NCBI GenBank assembly: GCA_036584335.1
Contig: JAZHDH010000023.1
Span: forward strand, 17,857-81,856
DNA: 64,000 bases
Reading direction: 5' to 3'
Source of the DNA: Pseudodesulfovibrio sp.
GTDB lineage: Bacteria > Desulfobacterota > Desulfovibrionia > Desulfovibrionales > Desulfovibrionaceae
Shown here: positions 17,777 through 27,536 of the stretch, piece after piece
Position numbering within the stretch: the first letter of the stretch is position 1
Layout: every line of letters starts with the position of its first letter
Position numbers and translations under genes: made by a program
Notes under the pieces: generated by a model
What the model was told of the DNA's origin: nothing
The model's input: the letters and a program-made list of their open reading frames with translations, nothing else
The model's database searches: none

Positions 17777-18781
17777 ATGCGGAACAGGACGGTTTTCAGA
17801 GCGGCCTTCATGGCGCTTTTCCTTTTTCTCCTGATTGCAGGCAAGGCGGCGGCTGCGGACAAGGTGTCCGTGTTCGTCAGCATCGTGCCCGAACAGTATT
17901 TCCTGGAAAAAATCGGCGGCGACCGGGTGGATGTCTCGGTCATGGTCATGCCGGGCGCCAGCCCGGCAACCTACGAGCCATCGCCGCGCCAGATGGCCGG
18001 ACTGACCAAGGCCAGGGCGTACTTCGCCATGGACGTGCCCTTCGAGGCCACCTGGCTCGACCGCATTCGGAGCGCCAACCCGGACATGGCCGTGGTCCGC
18101 GTGGACGAAGGCATCCGCAAGATGCCCATGGCCCGGCACAGCCACGGCCACGACGGTCCGCCGCCGGACCATGACGGCGGCATGCCCGGGCATGGCCCGG
18201 AGCCGGACCACGGCTCCATGCCCCCCGACCACGGCCACGCCGCCGCTCCCGGCCACGGGCCGGAGCCTGATCATGACCACGAACACGGCGTCCTCGATCC
18301 GCACATCTGGCTTTCGCCCCGACTGGTCAAGGTCATGGCGGTGAACATCTGCCAGGGGCTCTCCGCCGTCGACCCGGCGGGCAAGACCCGGTATGAGGCG
18401 AACCTGGCGGCGTTCGAAAGGGAACTGGACGACCTGGACCGGCGCATCGGCGCGGAACTCGCCCTCTTGCCCGGGGACAAGCGGGCGTTCATGGTCTTCC
18501 ATCCGTCGTGGGGATATTTCGCCCATGATTACGGGCTGCAACAGGTGCCCATCGAGTCCGAGGGCAAGGAGCCGAGCCCGGGCGACCTGGCTCGCATCGT
18601 CACCCTGGGCAAGGAGCGCCGCATCCCCGTGGTCTTCGTTCAGCCGCAGTTCTCCGAGCGCAGCGCCAAGGTCATCGCCTCGGAAATGGGCGCCAGGGTG
18701 GTGCCGCTGGACCCGCTGGCCGCCGATTGGCAGGCCAACCTGCTGCGGGTGGCCGGAGCATTCAAGCAGGCGCTGGAGTAG
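17777..18781 (+). CDS. Zn/Mn ABC substrate-binding protein (ZnuA/TroA family) with His-rich loop
   Basis: PGASPATYEP, DPHIWLSP, FHPSWGYFA, GKEPSP; His/Pro/Asp-rich insert. Confidence 0.9.
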   Translation: MRNRTVFRAAFMALFLFLLIAGKAAAADKVSVFVSIVPEQYFLEKIGGDRVDVSVMVMPGASPATYEPSPRQMAGLTKARAYFAMDVPFEATWLDRIRSANPDMAVVRVDEGIRKMPMARHSHGHDGPPPDHDGGMPGHGPEPDHGSMPPDHGHAAAPGHGPEPDHDHEHGVLDPHIWLSPRLVKVMAVNICQGLSAVDPAGKTRYEANLAAFERELDDLDRRIGAELALLPGDKRAFMVFHPSWGYFAHDYGLQQVPIESEGKEPSPGDLARIVTLGKERRIPVVFVQPQFSERSAKVIASEMGARVVPLDPLAADWQANLLRVAGAFKQALE

Positions 18782-18783
18782 GG

Positions 18784-19584
18784 TTATTCCATGGACTTGA
18801 CGTCGCCCCAGAGGGCGTTGAGTTCGTCCAACCCCATGGCGTGGAGGTCCAGGCAGCGCATTTCGGCCAGTTCCTCCATGCGGCGGAACCGTTCCAGGAA
18901 CTTGCGGTTGGCCAAGTCCAGGGCGCCGTTGGCCTTGATGCCCTTGCGTCGGCCCAGTTCCACCAGCGTGAACAGGTAGTCGCCGAACTCTTCCTCGGAG
19001 GCCTTGGCATCGCCCGATGCCAGGGCCTCCTTCCATTCCCGCCATTCGTCCCCGAGTTGCGCCTCCGCAGCCTCGTCCGAGGGCCAGGTGAACTTGTTGC
19101 GCGCGGCCTTGGCGTTGATGCGGTAGGCCTTGAGCAGGGGCGGCAGCCCGGCGGGCAGGGAGTCGAACACGCCTTTGCGGCCCGTGTCCTTGTTCTCCTC
19201 GCGTTTGGTCGCCTCCCAGTTGTCGTACAGGGCTTCGCGGTCCCTGAATGTTTTGTCGCCGAACACGTGCGGGTGGCGGCGGACCATCTTGGCCGCGCTG
19301 TAGTCCAGGGCGTCGGCCAGGGAGAACGCCCCCTGCCGCTCGTAGCGGGCGGCGATGAAGAGCAGGATGAACAGGGTGTCGCCCAGTTCCTCCATGGCCT
19401 CGCGCGCGTTGCCCGAGCGGATGCCTTCGATCAGCTCGAAGGTCTCCTCGGCCAGGTAGTCGCACATGGTCAGCTGGGTCTGCTCCCGGTCCCACGGACA
19501 GCCGTCCGGGGCGAGCAGGGCGTCGATGACGTCAAAGAGATTGAGCAGGGCGGCCGCGTGGCCGTCGCGGTTGGTGCCGCTCAT
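18784..19584 (-). CDS. mazG: Nucleoside triphosphate pyrophosphohydrolase MazG
   Basis: GCPWDREQT, EELGD, RRHPHVF, EEFGD. Confidence 0.95.
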   Translation of the reverse strand: MSGTNRDGHAAALLNLFDVIDALLAPDGCPWDREQTQLTMCDYLAEETFELIEGIRSGNAREAMEELGDTLFILLFIAARYERQGAFSLADALDYSAAKMVRRHPHVFGDKTFRDREALYDNWEATKREENKDTGRKGVFDSLPAGLPPLLKAYRINAKAARNKFTWPSDEAAEAQLGDEWREWKEALASGDAKASEEEFGDYLFTLVELGRRKGIKANGALDLANRKFLERFRRMEELAEMRCLDLHAMGLDELNALWGDVKSME

Positions 19585-19625
19585 GGGGAGTCCTCCGGGT
19601 TGGCTGTGCGCGATGGGCGCGGGGG

Positions 19626-20180
19626 TTATTCCTGGGGTTTTTCTTCGTCGAACCCGAGGGCCTCCCGCGCGTCGTCCACGGTCTCCTTGGCCGACGGCAG
19701 GTGCAGCCGGTCACGCAGTGACTGCGGAGCCAGATCGCCCATCATCTGGACGAGGTGCCGGGCGCGGGGCGCGATGCCGGATTCCTTCAGCCAGTCGGAC
19801 TGGGGCGCGAAAGACTGGACGAACATGAGCAGGATCAAGCTGATCAGCGCGCCTTCCAGCAGGCCGAAGATGCCGCCGGTGGTCCGGTCCACCCAGCCGA
19901 GCAGGGAGATGTTGAGTACGGTCCGGATGAGTTTGGCCAGCAGCCAGAAGACCACCAGGGTGGCGATGAAGATCAGGGCGTAGGCCAGACCGCTGACGAC
20001 CATCTCGGTGGTGATGTACGGCTCGAGGTAGGGCGCCAGCAGGTGTTGGTAGTTGGCGGCCAGGTACACCGCCAGCACGACGGCGATCAGGGAGAGGACT
20101 TCTTGTACCAGGCCCCGGAACAGGCCACGGATGACGAAGATGACCAGGATGACGAGGATGATGATGTCCAGGATATTCAT
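19626..20180 (-). CDS. cvpA: CvpA (colicin V production) family membrane protein
   Basis: MNILDII..RGLFRGLVQE, DRTTGGIFG; four TM helices. Confidence 0.88.
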   Translation of the reverse strand: MNILDIIILVILVIFVIRGLFRGLVQEVLSLIAVVLAVYLAANYQHLLAPYLEPYITTEMVVSGLAYALIFIATLVVFWLLAKLIRTVLNISLLGWVDRTTGGIFGLLEGALISLILLMFVQSFAPQSDWLKESGIAPRARHLVQMMGDLAPQSLRDRLHLPSAKETVDDAREALGFDEEKPQE

Positions 20181-20391
20181 GAAAACGGTCCTGCGTTGTC
20201 GCGGTTTGGGAAGCGCCTGCTGTTTGGACTAGCAAACTGCCCGCCGAATGTGAATCGGAGAAATGTTTTTTTTGCGGCTGCGGCTGCGGCCGCCTGCGGG
20301 GTTGTATCTGTACCTGAACTCGGCTACATGGTACGACCAGTCACCGGCGTCATCGCCGGTCGAGCCGGTGCGAGAACGCAAGGAGGGGTGG

Positions 20392-20961
20392 ATGCAGGTT
20401 CACGAGACCGATTTTCCCGGTCTGCTGGTGCTGGAGCCGCGGGTCTTCAAGGACGAGAGGGGGTTCTTCCTGGAAAGCTACAACCGGGAGTCCTTCGCGC
20501 GGCTGGGCATCGGTTGTGAATTCGTGCAGGACAACCACGCCTATTCCCGGGATGTATGCGTGCTGCGCGGGTTCCATTTCCAGGTTCCGCCCGTGGCCCA
20601 GGCCAAGCTGGTCTGGGTGACGCGCGGGGCGGTGCTCGACGTGGTGGTGGACCTGCGCAGGGGCTCCCCCGGCTACGGCAAGTGGCAGCACGTCATCCTG
20701 AGCGCGGCCAACTTCAAGCGGATGTTCATTCCGCGCGGCTTCGGCCACGCCTATGTGACCATCATGCCCGACACCGAATTCCAGTACAAGGTCGATGCCC
20801 CGTATTCGCCCGAAAGCGAGGGCGGCATCGCCTGGGACGACCCCGACGTGAACGTACAATGGGAATCCGCCCTGCAGGGGCGCGCGCCCATCCTTTCCGA
20901 GAAGGACCGCCGCCTGCCCCGGCTGGCGGATTTCGATTCTCCCTTCATATATGAGGAATGA
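20392..20961 (+). CDS. rfbC: dTDP-4-dehydrorhamnose 3,5-epimerase
   Basis: DERGFFLE, FVQDN, LRGFHFQ, VDLRRGSP, GFGH; AGGAGG RBS. Confidence 0.95.
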   Translation: MQVHETDFPGLLVLEPRVFKDERGFFLESYNRESFARLGIGCEFVQDNHAYSRDVCVLRGFHFQVPPVAQAKLVWVTRGAVLDVVVDLRRGSPGYGKWQHVILSAANFKRMFIPRGFGHAYVTIMPDTEFQYKVDAPYSPESEGGIAWDDPDVNVQWESALQGRAPILSEKDRRLPRLADFDSPFIYEE

Positions 20962-22394
20962 TCATGGCTAATGATACGCAGCCCAAGGCCGAATTCGCCG
21001 AGGAGTGCCACGCCATCGTTCTGGCGGGCGGCTCCGGCACCCGCCTTTGGCCCTTGAGCCGCAACCTCCTGCCCAAGCAGCTTCTGGTGCTGGGCGGCGA
21101 GAATACCCTGCTCCAGCAGACTGTCACCCGCATCCTGGACGCCTTTGCGCCGACCCGGGTGTGGATCGTCACCAACGAGGAGCACGTCTTCGAGGTCCGC
21201 AAGCAGGTCAAGGCCGTGCACCCGGCCCTGGAAGGGCAGGTGCTGGCCGAGCCGCTGAGCCGCAACACTCTGCCCGCGATCATGCTCGGCCTGGCCAAGG
21301 TCGTGGAGTCGAGCGACAAGGCCCTGGCCGCCGTGTTTCCCTCCGACCACCTCATCGGCCATGCCGACGCCTGGGTCCGGGACCTGGTCAGCGCATCGCG
21401 CCTGGCCGTGGGCAAGCGGTTCGTGACCTTTGGCGTGGAGCCGTCCAAGCCCGAGACCGGCTACGGCTACATCGCGCTCGGTCGTCCGCTGGGCGACCGC
21501 GTCTACGAGGTGGACGGGTTCGTGGAAAAGCCGGATTTGGAAACGGCGTTGTCGTTTCTTGAAAACGGCAGCCACCTCTGGAACAGCGGCATGTTCCTGT
21601 TTCGGGTCAAGGATTTCCTGCGCCAGGTGGCCAAGTGCCAGCCCGAGTTGTGGAGCTGGTGGATGGGACGCGAAGAGACGCCTCTGGTTCAGGGGTACCG
21701 CGACATCCCGAATATCTCCGTGGATTACGGCGTGGTCGAGAAGATCGACAACATCACCGTGGTCCGGGCCGGGTTCGAGTGGGACGATCTGGGCAGTTGG
21801 GAAGCCATGTACCGGCTGGGCAAGAAGGACGGGAACGGCAACGTCATCCAGGGCGATGTCCTGGCGCTGGACTGCAAGAATTCGCTGCTCATCAGCCAGG
21901 GGGGCAAGCTGGCGGCCGTGGGGCTCGAAAATATGATCATGGTCCAGACCCGCGACGCCACCCTGACCTGCCCGATGCCCAGGGTGCAGTCGGTCAAGGA
22001 CGTGGTCGACATTCTGCGCGCCGAGGGCAGCCGCCTCGTGGAGAGCCACCCCACGGTGGTCCGCCCCTGGGGCAGCTATTCGGTTCTGGAAGAAGGGCCG
22101 CACTACAAGATCAAGAGAATTCAGGTGAACCCGGGCGCCTGGCTCAGTTCGCAGATGCACCACCACCGTAGCGAGCATTGGGTGGTGGTGGACGGCACCG
22201 CCGAGGTGGAGGTGAACAACCAGGCCGTGATCCTGGTGGAAAACCAGTCCGTGGACATCCCCAAGGCGTCGCAGCACCGGTTGGGCAACCCCGGCAAGGT
22301 GCCCCTCGACATCATAGAGATTCAGAGCGGGCCGTATCTGGAAGAGGACGACATCGTTCGTTTCGACGACGTATACGGCCGGGTGAAGAAATAA
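20958..22394 (+). CDS. manC: Mannose-1-phosphate guanylyltransferase / mannose-6-phosphate isomerase
   Basis: [31 protein letters not shown]; cupin tail RPWG..HHHRSEHW. Confidence 0.95.
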   Translation: MIMANDTQPKAEFAEECHAIVLAGGSGTRLWPLSRNLLPKQLLVLGGENTLLQQTVTRILDAFAPTRVWIVTNEEHVFEVRKQVKAVHPALEGQVLAEPLSRNTLPAIMLGLAKVVESSDKALAAVFPSDHLIGHADAWVRDLVSASRLAVGKRFVTFGVEPSKPETGYGYIALGRPLGDRVYEVDGFVEKPDLETALSFLENGSHLWNSGMFLFRVKDFLRQVAKCQPELWSWWMGREETPLVQGYRDIPNISVDYGVVEKIDNITVVRAGFEWDDLGSWEAMYRLGKKDGNGNVIQGDVLALDCKNSLLISQGGKLAAVGLENMIMVQTRDATLTCPMPRVQSVKDVVDILRAEGSRLVESHPTVVRPWGSYSVLEEGPHYKIKRIQVNPGAWLSSQMHHHRSEHWVVVDGTAEVEVNNQAVILVENQSVDIPKASQHRLGNPGKVPLDIIEIQSGPYLEEDDIVRFDDVYGRVKK

Positions 22395-22458
22395 AGATGA
22401 AAGCGGTATTGTCGCGTTCAACTTGTTGAATTGGCATTGTTTTCATATGTCATGGAGA

Positions 22459-22510
22459 TCGTGAAAATTTTCATATTCTCTTGACACGAAAACAATCCTT
22501 ACCGTATGAA
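22459..22510 (+). promoter_or_regulatory. qrc promoter with adjacent Rex-like palindrome
   Basis: TCGTGAAAATTTTCATAT (22459-22476) just upstream of TTGACA (22481-22486), with TATGAA at 22505. Confidence 0.5.
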
Positions 22511-22566
22511 AACGTAGTTCAATTGGTGTGATTTTCACTTAAACTTTAGAGTGATGGGGCGAGGTT

Positions 22567-23313
22567 ATGGAGGAAAGAAAATCATCGAAACGGTGTGGAG
22601 GGGTGTTCCCCTTTATCATCGGCTTCCTGGCCACGTGCATTTTGGGTTGGGCTGTGATTCCCGGTCTGTTCTTCGAGAAAGTCGAGCAGCCGTTGCGTTT
22701 CAGCCACGCCATCCACGTGGAGGGTCAGGGGATGGATTGCGAATCATGTCACTTTTTCCGGGAGGACGGCTCCTATGCCGGTTTCCCGACCAACGAGGTG
22801 TGTGCCGAGTGTCATGCGGTTGATCCCTCCGAAGCGATGGAAGCCATCGCTGAGGCGGGTATCGACCCGAAGGACACCGCCGCCATCATGGCCGCCAACC
22901 TGGACGTCATCGAGGGCGCTCTGTCCTCCTCGGAAGACGCGAACAAGCAGGCCGAACGGGAATACGTGGTCAAGTACCTCATCCAGGGCAAGGAAGTACC
23001 CTGGCTGAATTATCAGTACCAGCCGGACAACGTCTACTTCTCTCACAAGGCTCACGAGGGCCTGAACATCGCCGAGATGGCCGAGATGAAGAAGGATCTG
23101 TCCAGCGTGGTCGACCCCTCCGTCTTCGACGAGCCGGCTGAGAAGAACTGCAATCTGTGTCACATGAAGGACATCGACAAGAACGATACTCCGCCCGCCT
23201 TCCAGCGGAATATCCTCTCCGGCTACAGCAAGATGACCATGAAGATGTGGAAGTGCGAACGGTGCCACGCCCTCAAGGGCCAGCCCAACGCCTGCTACAC
23301 CTGCCATAAGTAA
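22567..23313 (+). CDS. qrcA: Menaquinone reductase multiheme cytochrome c subunit QrcA
   Basis: N-terminal TM helix; five CxxCH (CESCH, CAECH, CNLCH, CERCH, CYTCH); operon context. Confidence 0.92.
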   Translation: MEERKSSKRCGGVFPFIIGFLATCILGWAVIPGLFFEKVEQPLRFSHAIHVEGQGMDCESCHFFREDGSYAGFPTNEVCAECHAVDPSEAMEAIAEAGIDPKDTAAIMAANLDVIEGALSSSEDANKQAEREYVVKYLIQGKEVPWLNYQYQPDNVYFSHKAHEGLNIAEMAEMKKDLSSVVDPSVFDEPAEKNCNLCHMKDIDKNDTPPAFQRNILSGYSKMTMKMWKCERCHALKGQPNACYTCHK

Positions 23314-23325
23314 AGGGGACTGATA

Positions 23326-25275
23326 ATGAGCGTAGCACGCAGAGCCTTTATACAGATGACTGTGGGCGCCACCGTCGGTATCCTTTTTACTCCGACGGTC
23401 TGGACGGCCCTTGACGACGTGTCCATCTGGACGCAGAACTGGCCCTGGATCCCCCGCCTGAAATACGGCGAGGTCAAAGGGGTCCCCACCGTGTCCAAGA
23501 TGTGCGAATCCGGCTGTGCCGTGAAGGTCCGCACCGTTGCCGGAGAAGCCTTCGGCACCATGGGCAACACGGACAACCCCCTCTCCGAAGGCGGCATCTG
23601 CCCCCTGTGCGCCAACGGCGTCCAGGTCAAGAACAGCCCCAATCGGATCAAGTCGCCCATGCTCAAGGGCGAAGCCGTCACCTGGGACAAGGCCAAGGAA
23701 ATCGTGGCCGAAAAGCTGGAAGCGGCGGGCGGCAAGGTCGCCGTCATTTCCGGCGACCAGACCGGCACCATCAACGAGGTGTTCTCCGCGCTGCTGGCCA
23801 GCAAGGGCAGCGACGCCTTCTATACCATGCCCTGCGACATGCAGGCCGCCTACAAGGCCTGGAACGGCCTGATGGGCGGTTCCGGCCAGATCGGCTACGA
23901 CCTGAAGGGTGCCGATGTCGTCCTGCTGGCCGGTGCCGATGCCCTGGAATCCTGGGGTCCGACCGTTGCGAACCTGAACGCTTTCGCCGCCAACCAGGGT
24001 GGCAAGTTCATCTTCGCCGGCCCCATGCAGACCAAGACCGCCTCCGTCACCAGCAAGTGGGTGCCGGTTCCGGCCGAGGGCATGGCCGCCTTCACCCTGG
24101 GCATCTGCTACTATGTGCTCCAGGCCGGCAAATCCGTGCCTGCGGCCGACTTCGACCAGTTCAAGTCGATGGTCATGAGCGGATACACCCCGGCCAAGGT
24201 CGAGGCCGCCACGGGCGTCAAGGCCGACGCCATGGCTGCCGTCGCCAAGCAGCTGCTGGCCGCCCAGAATCCCGTGGTCGTGCCCGGTGGTTCCGTCGGC
24301 GCCCACGCGGCCGTCTTCGCCCTGAACCTGCTCCTGGGCGGCGCCATGAAGGTGTTGCCCGAGTTCTCCAAGGCCGTCGACTCCGCCATGTCGCGCAGCG
24401 AAATGATGAAGAACGACATCCTGCAGGGCGTCAATGCCGACCTGCTGTTCGTCTACGAGGCCAACCCCGCCTACGTCCTGCCCGAGCAGATCAAGGCCGG
24501 ATTCACCGTGGCCTTCGACTCGGTCAACACCGAGACGACCGCAGCCGCCGACCTGGTGCTGCCCACCCCGCACTCCTATGAGCGGGTGGACGACCTGGCC
24601 AGCCCCTATGGAATGCCTCGGGCCACCTACTGCCTGGGCGTCCCGGTCTCCAAGGCCGTCCTCGACGTCATGAATGCGGGCGATTTCGTCCTCGGTCTGG
24701 CCGACCTCGGCTTCGAGACCTTCCAGGACGTGATCGACGCCAAAGTCTCCGCCATCGGCGCGGACGCGGACGCCTTGGCTTCCGGCAGCGCCTTTGTCCT
24801 GGACGAGACGCCCGAGGTATCCGGCGTCACCCTGGCCGCCAGCGTACTCGGCAAGGCTGGCAGCCCCGTCAAGGGCACCGGCGCCGTGGCCCTGGCTCCC
24901 TACACCCTGCTGAACATCGGCACCGCCAACCAGGCGGTCACGCCGAACGCTCCGTGCACCATCAGCAACAGCCAGCTCGTTGGCGACAGTCTGGTCGTGA
25001 TGATGAACGGCGTCACCGCCAAGAAACTCGGCCTGGGCGTAGGCTCCAAGGTCAAGCTTTCCGGCGGCAACGGCGACTGCCAGGCGCTGGTGCAGCTCTT
25101 CGAGGGCGTCATGGACGGCGTCGTGGCTGCCCCCCTGGGGTTGGGCCACACGATCGGCGACGAGTTCTCGAAGGGCAAGGGTGATAACGTCTACAAGATC
25201 CTCACGGTGAGTTCTGAGGCTGCCACCGGCGCCTCCACTTGGGCTGGTTCCACTGTGAACGTCGCCAAAATCTAG
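23326..25275 (+). CDS. qrcB: Menaquinone reductase molybdopterin-binding-like subunit QrcB
   Basis: Tat motif ARRAFIQ, WTQNWPWIP, Mo-oxidoreductase-like fold motifs. Confidence 0.92.
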   Translation: MSVARRAFIQMTVGATVGILFTPTVWTALDDVSIWTQNWPWIPRLKYGEVKGVPTVSKMCESGCAVKVRTVAGEAFGTMGNTDNPLSEGGICPLCANGVQVKNSPNRIKSPMLKGEAVTWDKAKEIVAEKLEAAGGKVAVISGDQTGTINEVFSALLASKGSDAFYTMPCDMQAAYKAWNGLMGGSGQIGYDLKGADVVLLAGADALESWGPTVANLNAFAANQGGKFIFAGPMQTKTASVTSKWVPVPAEGMAAFTLGICYYVLQAGKSVPAADFDQFKSMVMSGYTPAKVEAATGVKADAMAAVAKQLLAAQNPVVVPGGSVGAHAAVFALNLLLGGAMKVLPEFSKAVDSAMSRSEMMKNDILQGVNADLLFVYEANPAYVLPEQIKAGFTVAFDSVNTETTAAADLVLPTPHSYERVDDLASPYGMPRATYCLGVPVSKAVLDVMNAGDFVLGLADLGFETFQDVIDAKVSAIGADADALASGSAFVLDETPEVSGVTLAASVLGKAGSPVKGTGAVALAPYTLLNIGTANQAVTPNAPCTISNSQLVGDSLVVMMNGVTAKKLGLGVGSKVKLSGGNGDCQALVQLFEGVMDGVVAAPLGLGHTIGDEFSKGKGDNVYKILTVSSEAATGASTWAGSTVNVAKI

Positions 25276-25286
25276 GGGGAACCGAC

Positions 25287-26099
25287 ATGCACGTTAAAGA
25301 ATTCAAAATCAAATGGGGCATGGTCATTGATATTGACAAGTGCACCGGCTGCGGAGCCTGTATGATCGGCTGCCAGGTGGAAAACAATATCGCTCCCATG
25401 ACCAAGAAGGACCCCTATAACTATGTTCAGGCCCTGACTTCGGATCGCGATGATCCGTCCAACAAGCTCCGGACCCTGACCTGGCTGAACATCTACGAAC
25501 TGTCCAACGGCAAGCCGTTCCCGGAACATGAGACCGCGTACTTGCCCCGGCCCTGCATGCAGTGCGGCAACCCCGCCTGCGTGCCCGTGTGCCCCGTCGT
25601 GGCCACGGACAAGAACGAGGAGGGCGGCATCGTCTCCCAGATCTACCCCCGGTGCATCGGCTGCCGGTACTGCATGGCGGCGTGCCCATACCATGCCCGG
25701 TACTTCAACTGGTGGGATCCCCTTTGGCCGGAAGGCATGGACAAAGGTCTGTCGCCGTCCGTTTCCCCGCGTCCGCGTGGCGTGGTCGAGAAGTGTAACT
25801 TCTGCCATTCCCGCTATCTGGACGCCAAGGACAAGGCCCGCCAGGAAGGCGGCGATCCGATGAACCTGCCCGACGGCGCCTACGTCACCGCCTGCGCGGA
25901 CATCTGCCCGACCAAGGCCATCACCTTCGGCGATCTGAACAATCCCGAACACAGGGTGTATGAGCTTTCCAGGAGCAAGCATGCGTTCCGTCTGCTCGAG
26001 AAGCTGGGCCTGGCTCCCCAGGTCTACTACATGAGCGAGCGCGAATGGGTTCGCAAGCAGGGCGACAACTACAACGCCGGTGGCGGCGGACATCACTAA
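25287..26099 (+). CDS. qrcC: Menaquinone reductase Fe-S subunit QrcC
   Basis: Four ferredoxin motifs (CTGCGAC, CMQC..C..VCP, CIGCRYC..ACP, KCNFC..C..CP). Confidence 0.93.
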   Translation: MHVKEFKIKWGMVIDIDKCTGCGACMIGCQVENNIAPMTKKDPYNYVQALTSDRDDPSNKLRTLTWLNIYELSNGKPFPEHETAYLPRPCMQCGNPACVPVCPVVATDKNEEGGIVSQIYPRCIGCRYCMAACPYHARYFNWWDPLWPEGMDKGLSPSVSPRPRGVVEKCNFCHSRYLDAKDKARQEGGDPMNLPDGAYVTACADICPTKAITFGDLNNPEHRVYELSRSKHAFRLLEKLGLAPQVYYMSEREWVRKQGDNYNAGGGGHH

Positions 26100-26112
26100 G
26101 GGAGGCTGAAAC

Positions 26113-27354
26113 ATGGATAGCAAACTCTTCCCGGAAGGGACGCAGCGCTGCGGATTGGGGAAATTCCTCATCTGGACAGCCGTGATTCTCGGCTTCTTCA
26201 GCTGGGGGCTCTACGCCGCCGTCCTCGTCCTCTATAACGGCATCGGCACCACCGGTCTCGACAACTACTTCGGGTTCGGCGCCTGGATTACCTTCGACCT
26301 CGCTGTCATTGCGCTGGGCGCGGGTGCGTTCTTCACCGGCCTGCTGAAGTACATCCTCAAGATCAAGCAACTCGAGAAGATCATCAACCTGACGGTCATC
26401 GTCGGTTTCATCTGTTACTCCGGCGCCATGCTGGTGCTGACGCTCGACATCGGCCAGCCGGGCCGCGCCTGGTTCGGCTACTGGCACCCGAACGTCCACT
26501 CCATGCTGACGGAAGTTATCTTCTGCATCACCTGCTACTGCACCGTCCTGATCATCGAGTTCGTCCCGCTGGTCCTGGAGCAGAAGCAGCTGAACAAGAT
26601 CCCGTTCATCCATGCCCTGACGCACAACCTGCACGTCAACATGGCTCTGTTCGCCGGCATGGGCGCGTTCCTGTCCACGTTCCACCAGGGCTCCCTGGGC
26701 GGCATGTACGGCGTGCTCATCGGCCGCCCCTTCGCCTTCCGCGAGGGTTTCTTCATCTGGCCGTGGACCTTCTTCCTGTTCGTGCTCTCCGCCGTGGGTT
26801 CCGGCCCGGTCTTCACCGTGCTGGTCGCCACCTTCATGGAGAAGCTCACCGGCAAGAAGCTGGTCGATTTCAAGACCAAGGCCCTGATGGGCAAGATCGC
26901 CGGCACCATGCTCTGCGTGTACATGTTCTTCAAGATCCTGGACACCTGGGCCTGGGCCACCGGCTACCTGCCCTCCGTCGGCCTGACCTTCGATCAGATG
27001 TTCTACGGCGTTGCCTATGGCAAATGGCTTATGTGGACGGAAATCGTACTCTGCGGCGTGGTCCCGGCCATCATGCTGGTCACTCCGTCCATCCGCAACC
27101 GCCCGGCGCTGCTGTACACCGCTGCCATCCTGGACTGCCTCGGCGTGTCCCTGAACCGCTACATCTTCACGGTTCAGACCATCGCCTTCCCGGCCATGCC
27201 TTTCGACAAGTGGTACGTGTACTACCCGAACTGGGTGGAATACGCCTCGTCGATCATGATCGTGGCCTACGGCTTCCTGGTGCTGAGCCTCAGCTACCGC
27301 TACCTGCCGGTGTTCCCGCTGGAGACCAAGTTGAACTACCAGTCCGGCGAATAG
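26113..27354 (+). CDS. qrcD: Menaquinone reductase integral membrane subunit QrcD (NrfD family)
   Basis: About 10 TM helices, DIGQPGR, HQGSLGG. Confidence 0.93.
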   Translation: MDSKLFPEGTQRCGLGKFLIWTAVILGFFSWGLYAAVLVLYNGIGTTGLDNYFGFGAWITFDLAVIALGAGAFFTGLLKYILKIKQLEKIINLTVIVGFICYSGAMLVLTLDIGQPGRAWFGYWHPNVHSMLTEVIFCITCYCTVLIIEFVPLVLEQKQLNKIPFIHALTHNLHVNMALFAGMGAFLSTFHQGSLGGMYGVLIGRPFAFREGFFIWPWTFFLFVLSAVGSGPVFTVLVATFMEKLTGKKLVDFKTKALMGKIAGTMLCVYMFFKILDTWAWATGYLPSVGLTFDQMFYGVAYGKWLMWTEIVLCGVVPAIMLVTPSIRNRPALLYTAAILDCLGVSLNRYIFTVQTIAFPAMPFDKWYVYYPNWVEYASSIMIVAYGFLVLSLSYRYLPVFPLETKLNYQSGE

Positions 27355-27378
27355 CCTGGACGCCTCATCACAGCGATC

Positions 27379-27410
27379 AGGACCCGCTCGAAAGAGCGGG
27401 TCCTTTTTTT
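27379..27410 (+). terminator. Rho-independent terminator of the qrc operon
   Basis: AGGACCCGCTC-gaaa-GAGCGGGTCCT followed by a T-tract. Confidence 0.9.
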
Positions 27411-27536
27411 CGTCCGGTCGCGCCGTGGGCCATCAAGGCGCACGCAAGCGGCATTTGTCCCGCAGCGACGCTGTCGTTATCGCTGCATCTGTGGTAGATG
27501 GCGGAACAGTCGCGGCAGTTGCGACGGGGAGGAACC

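Noticed and set aside
23326-25275. QrcB as a novel catalytic molybdoenzyme
   Set aside because: Operon context identifies it as QrcB, which is known to lack the Mo cofactor.
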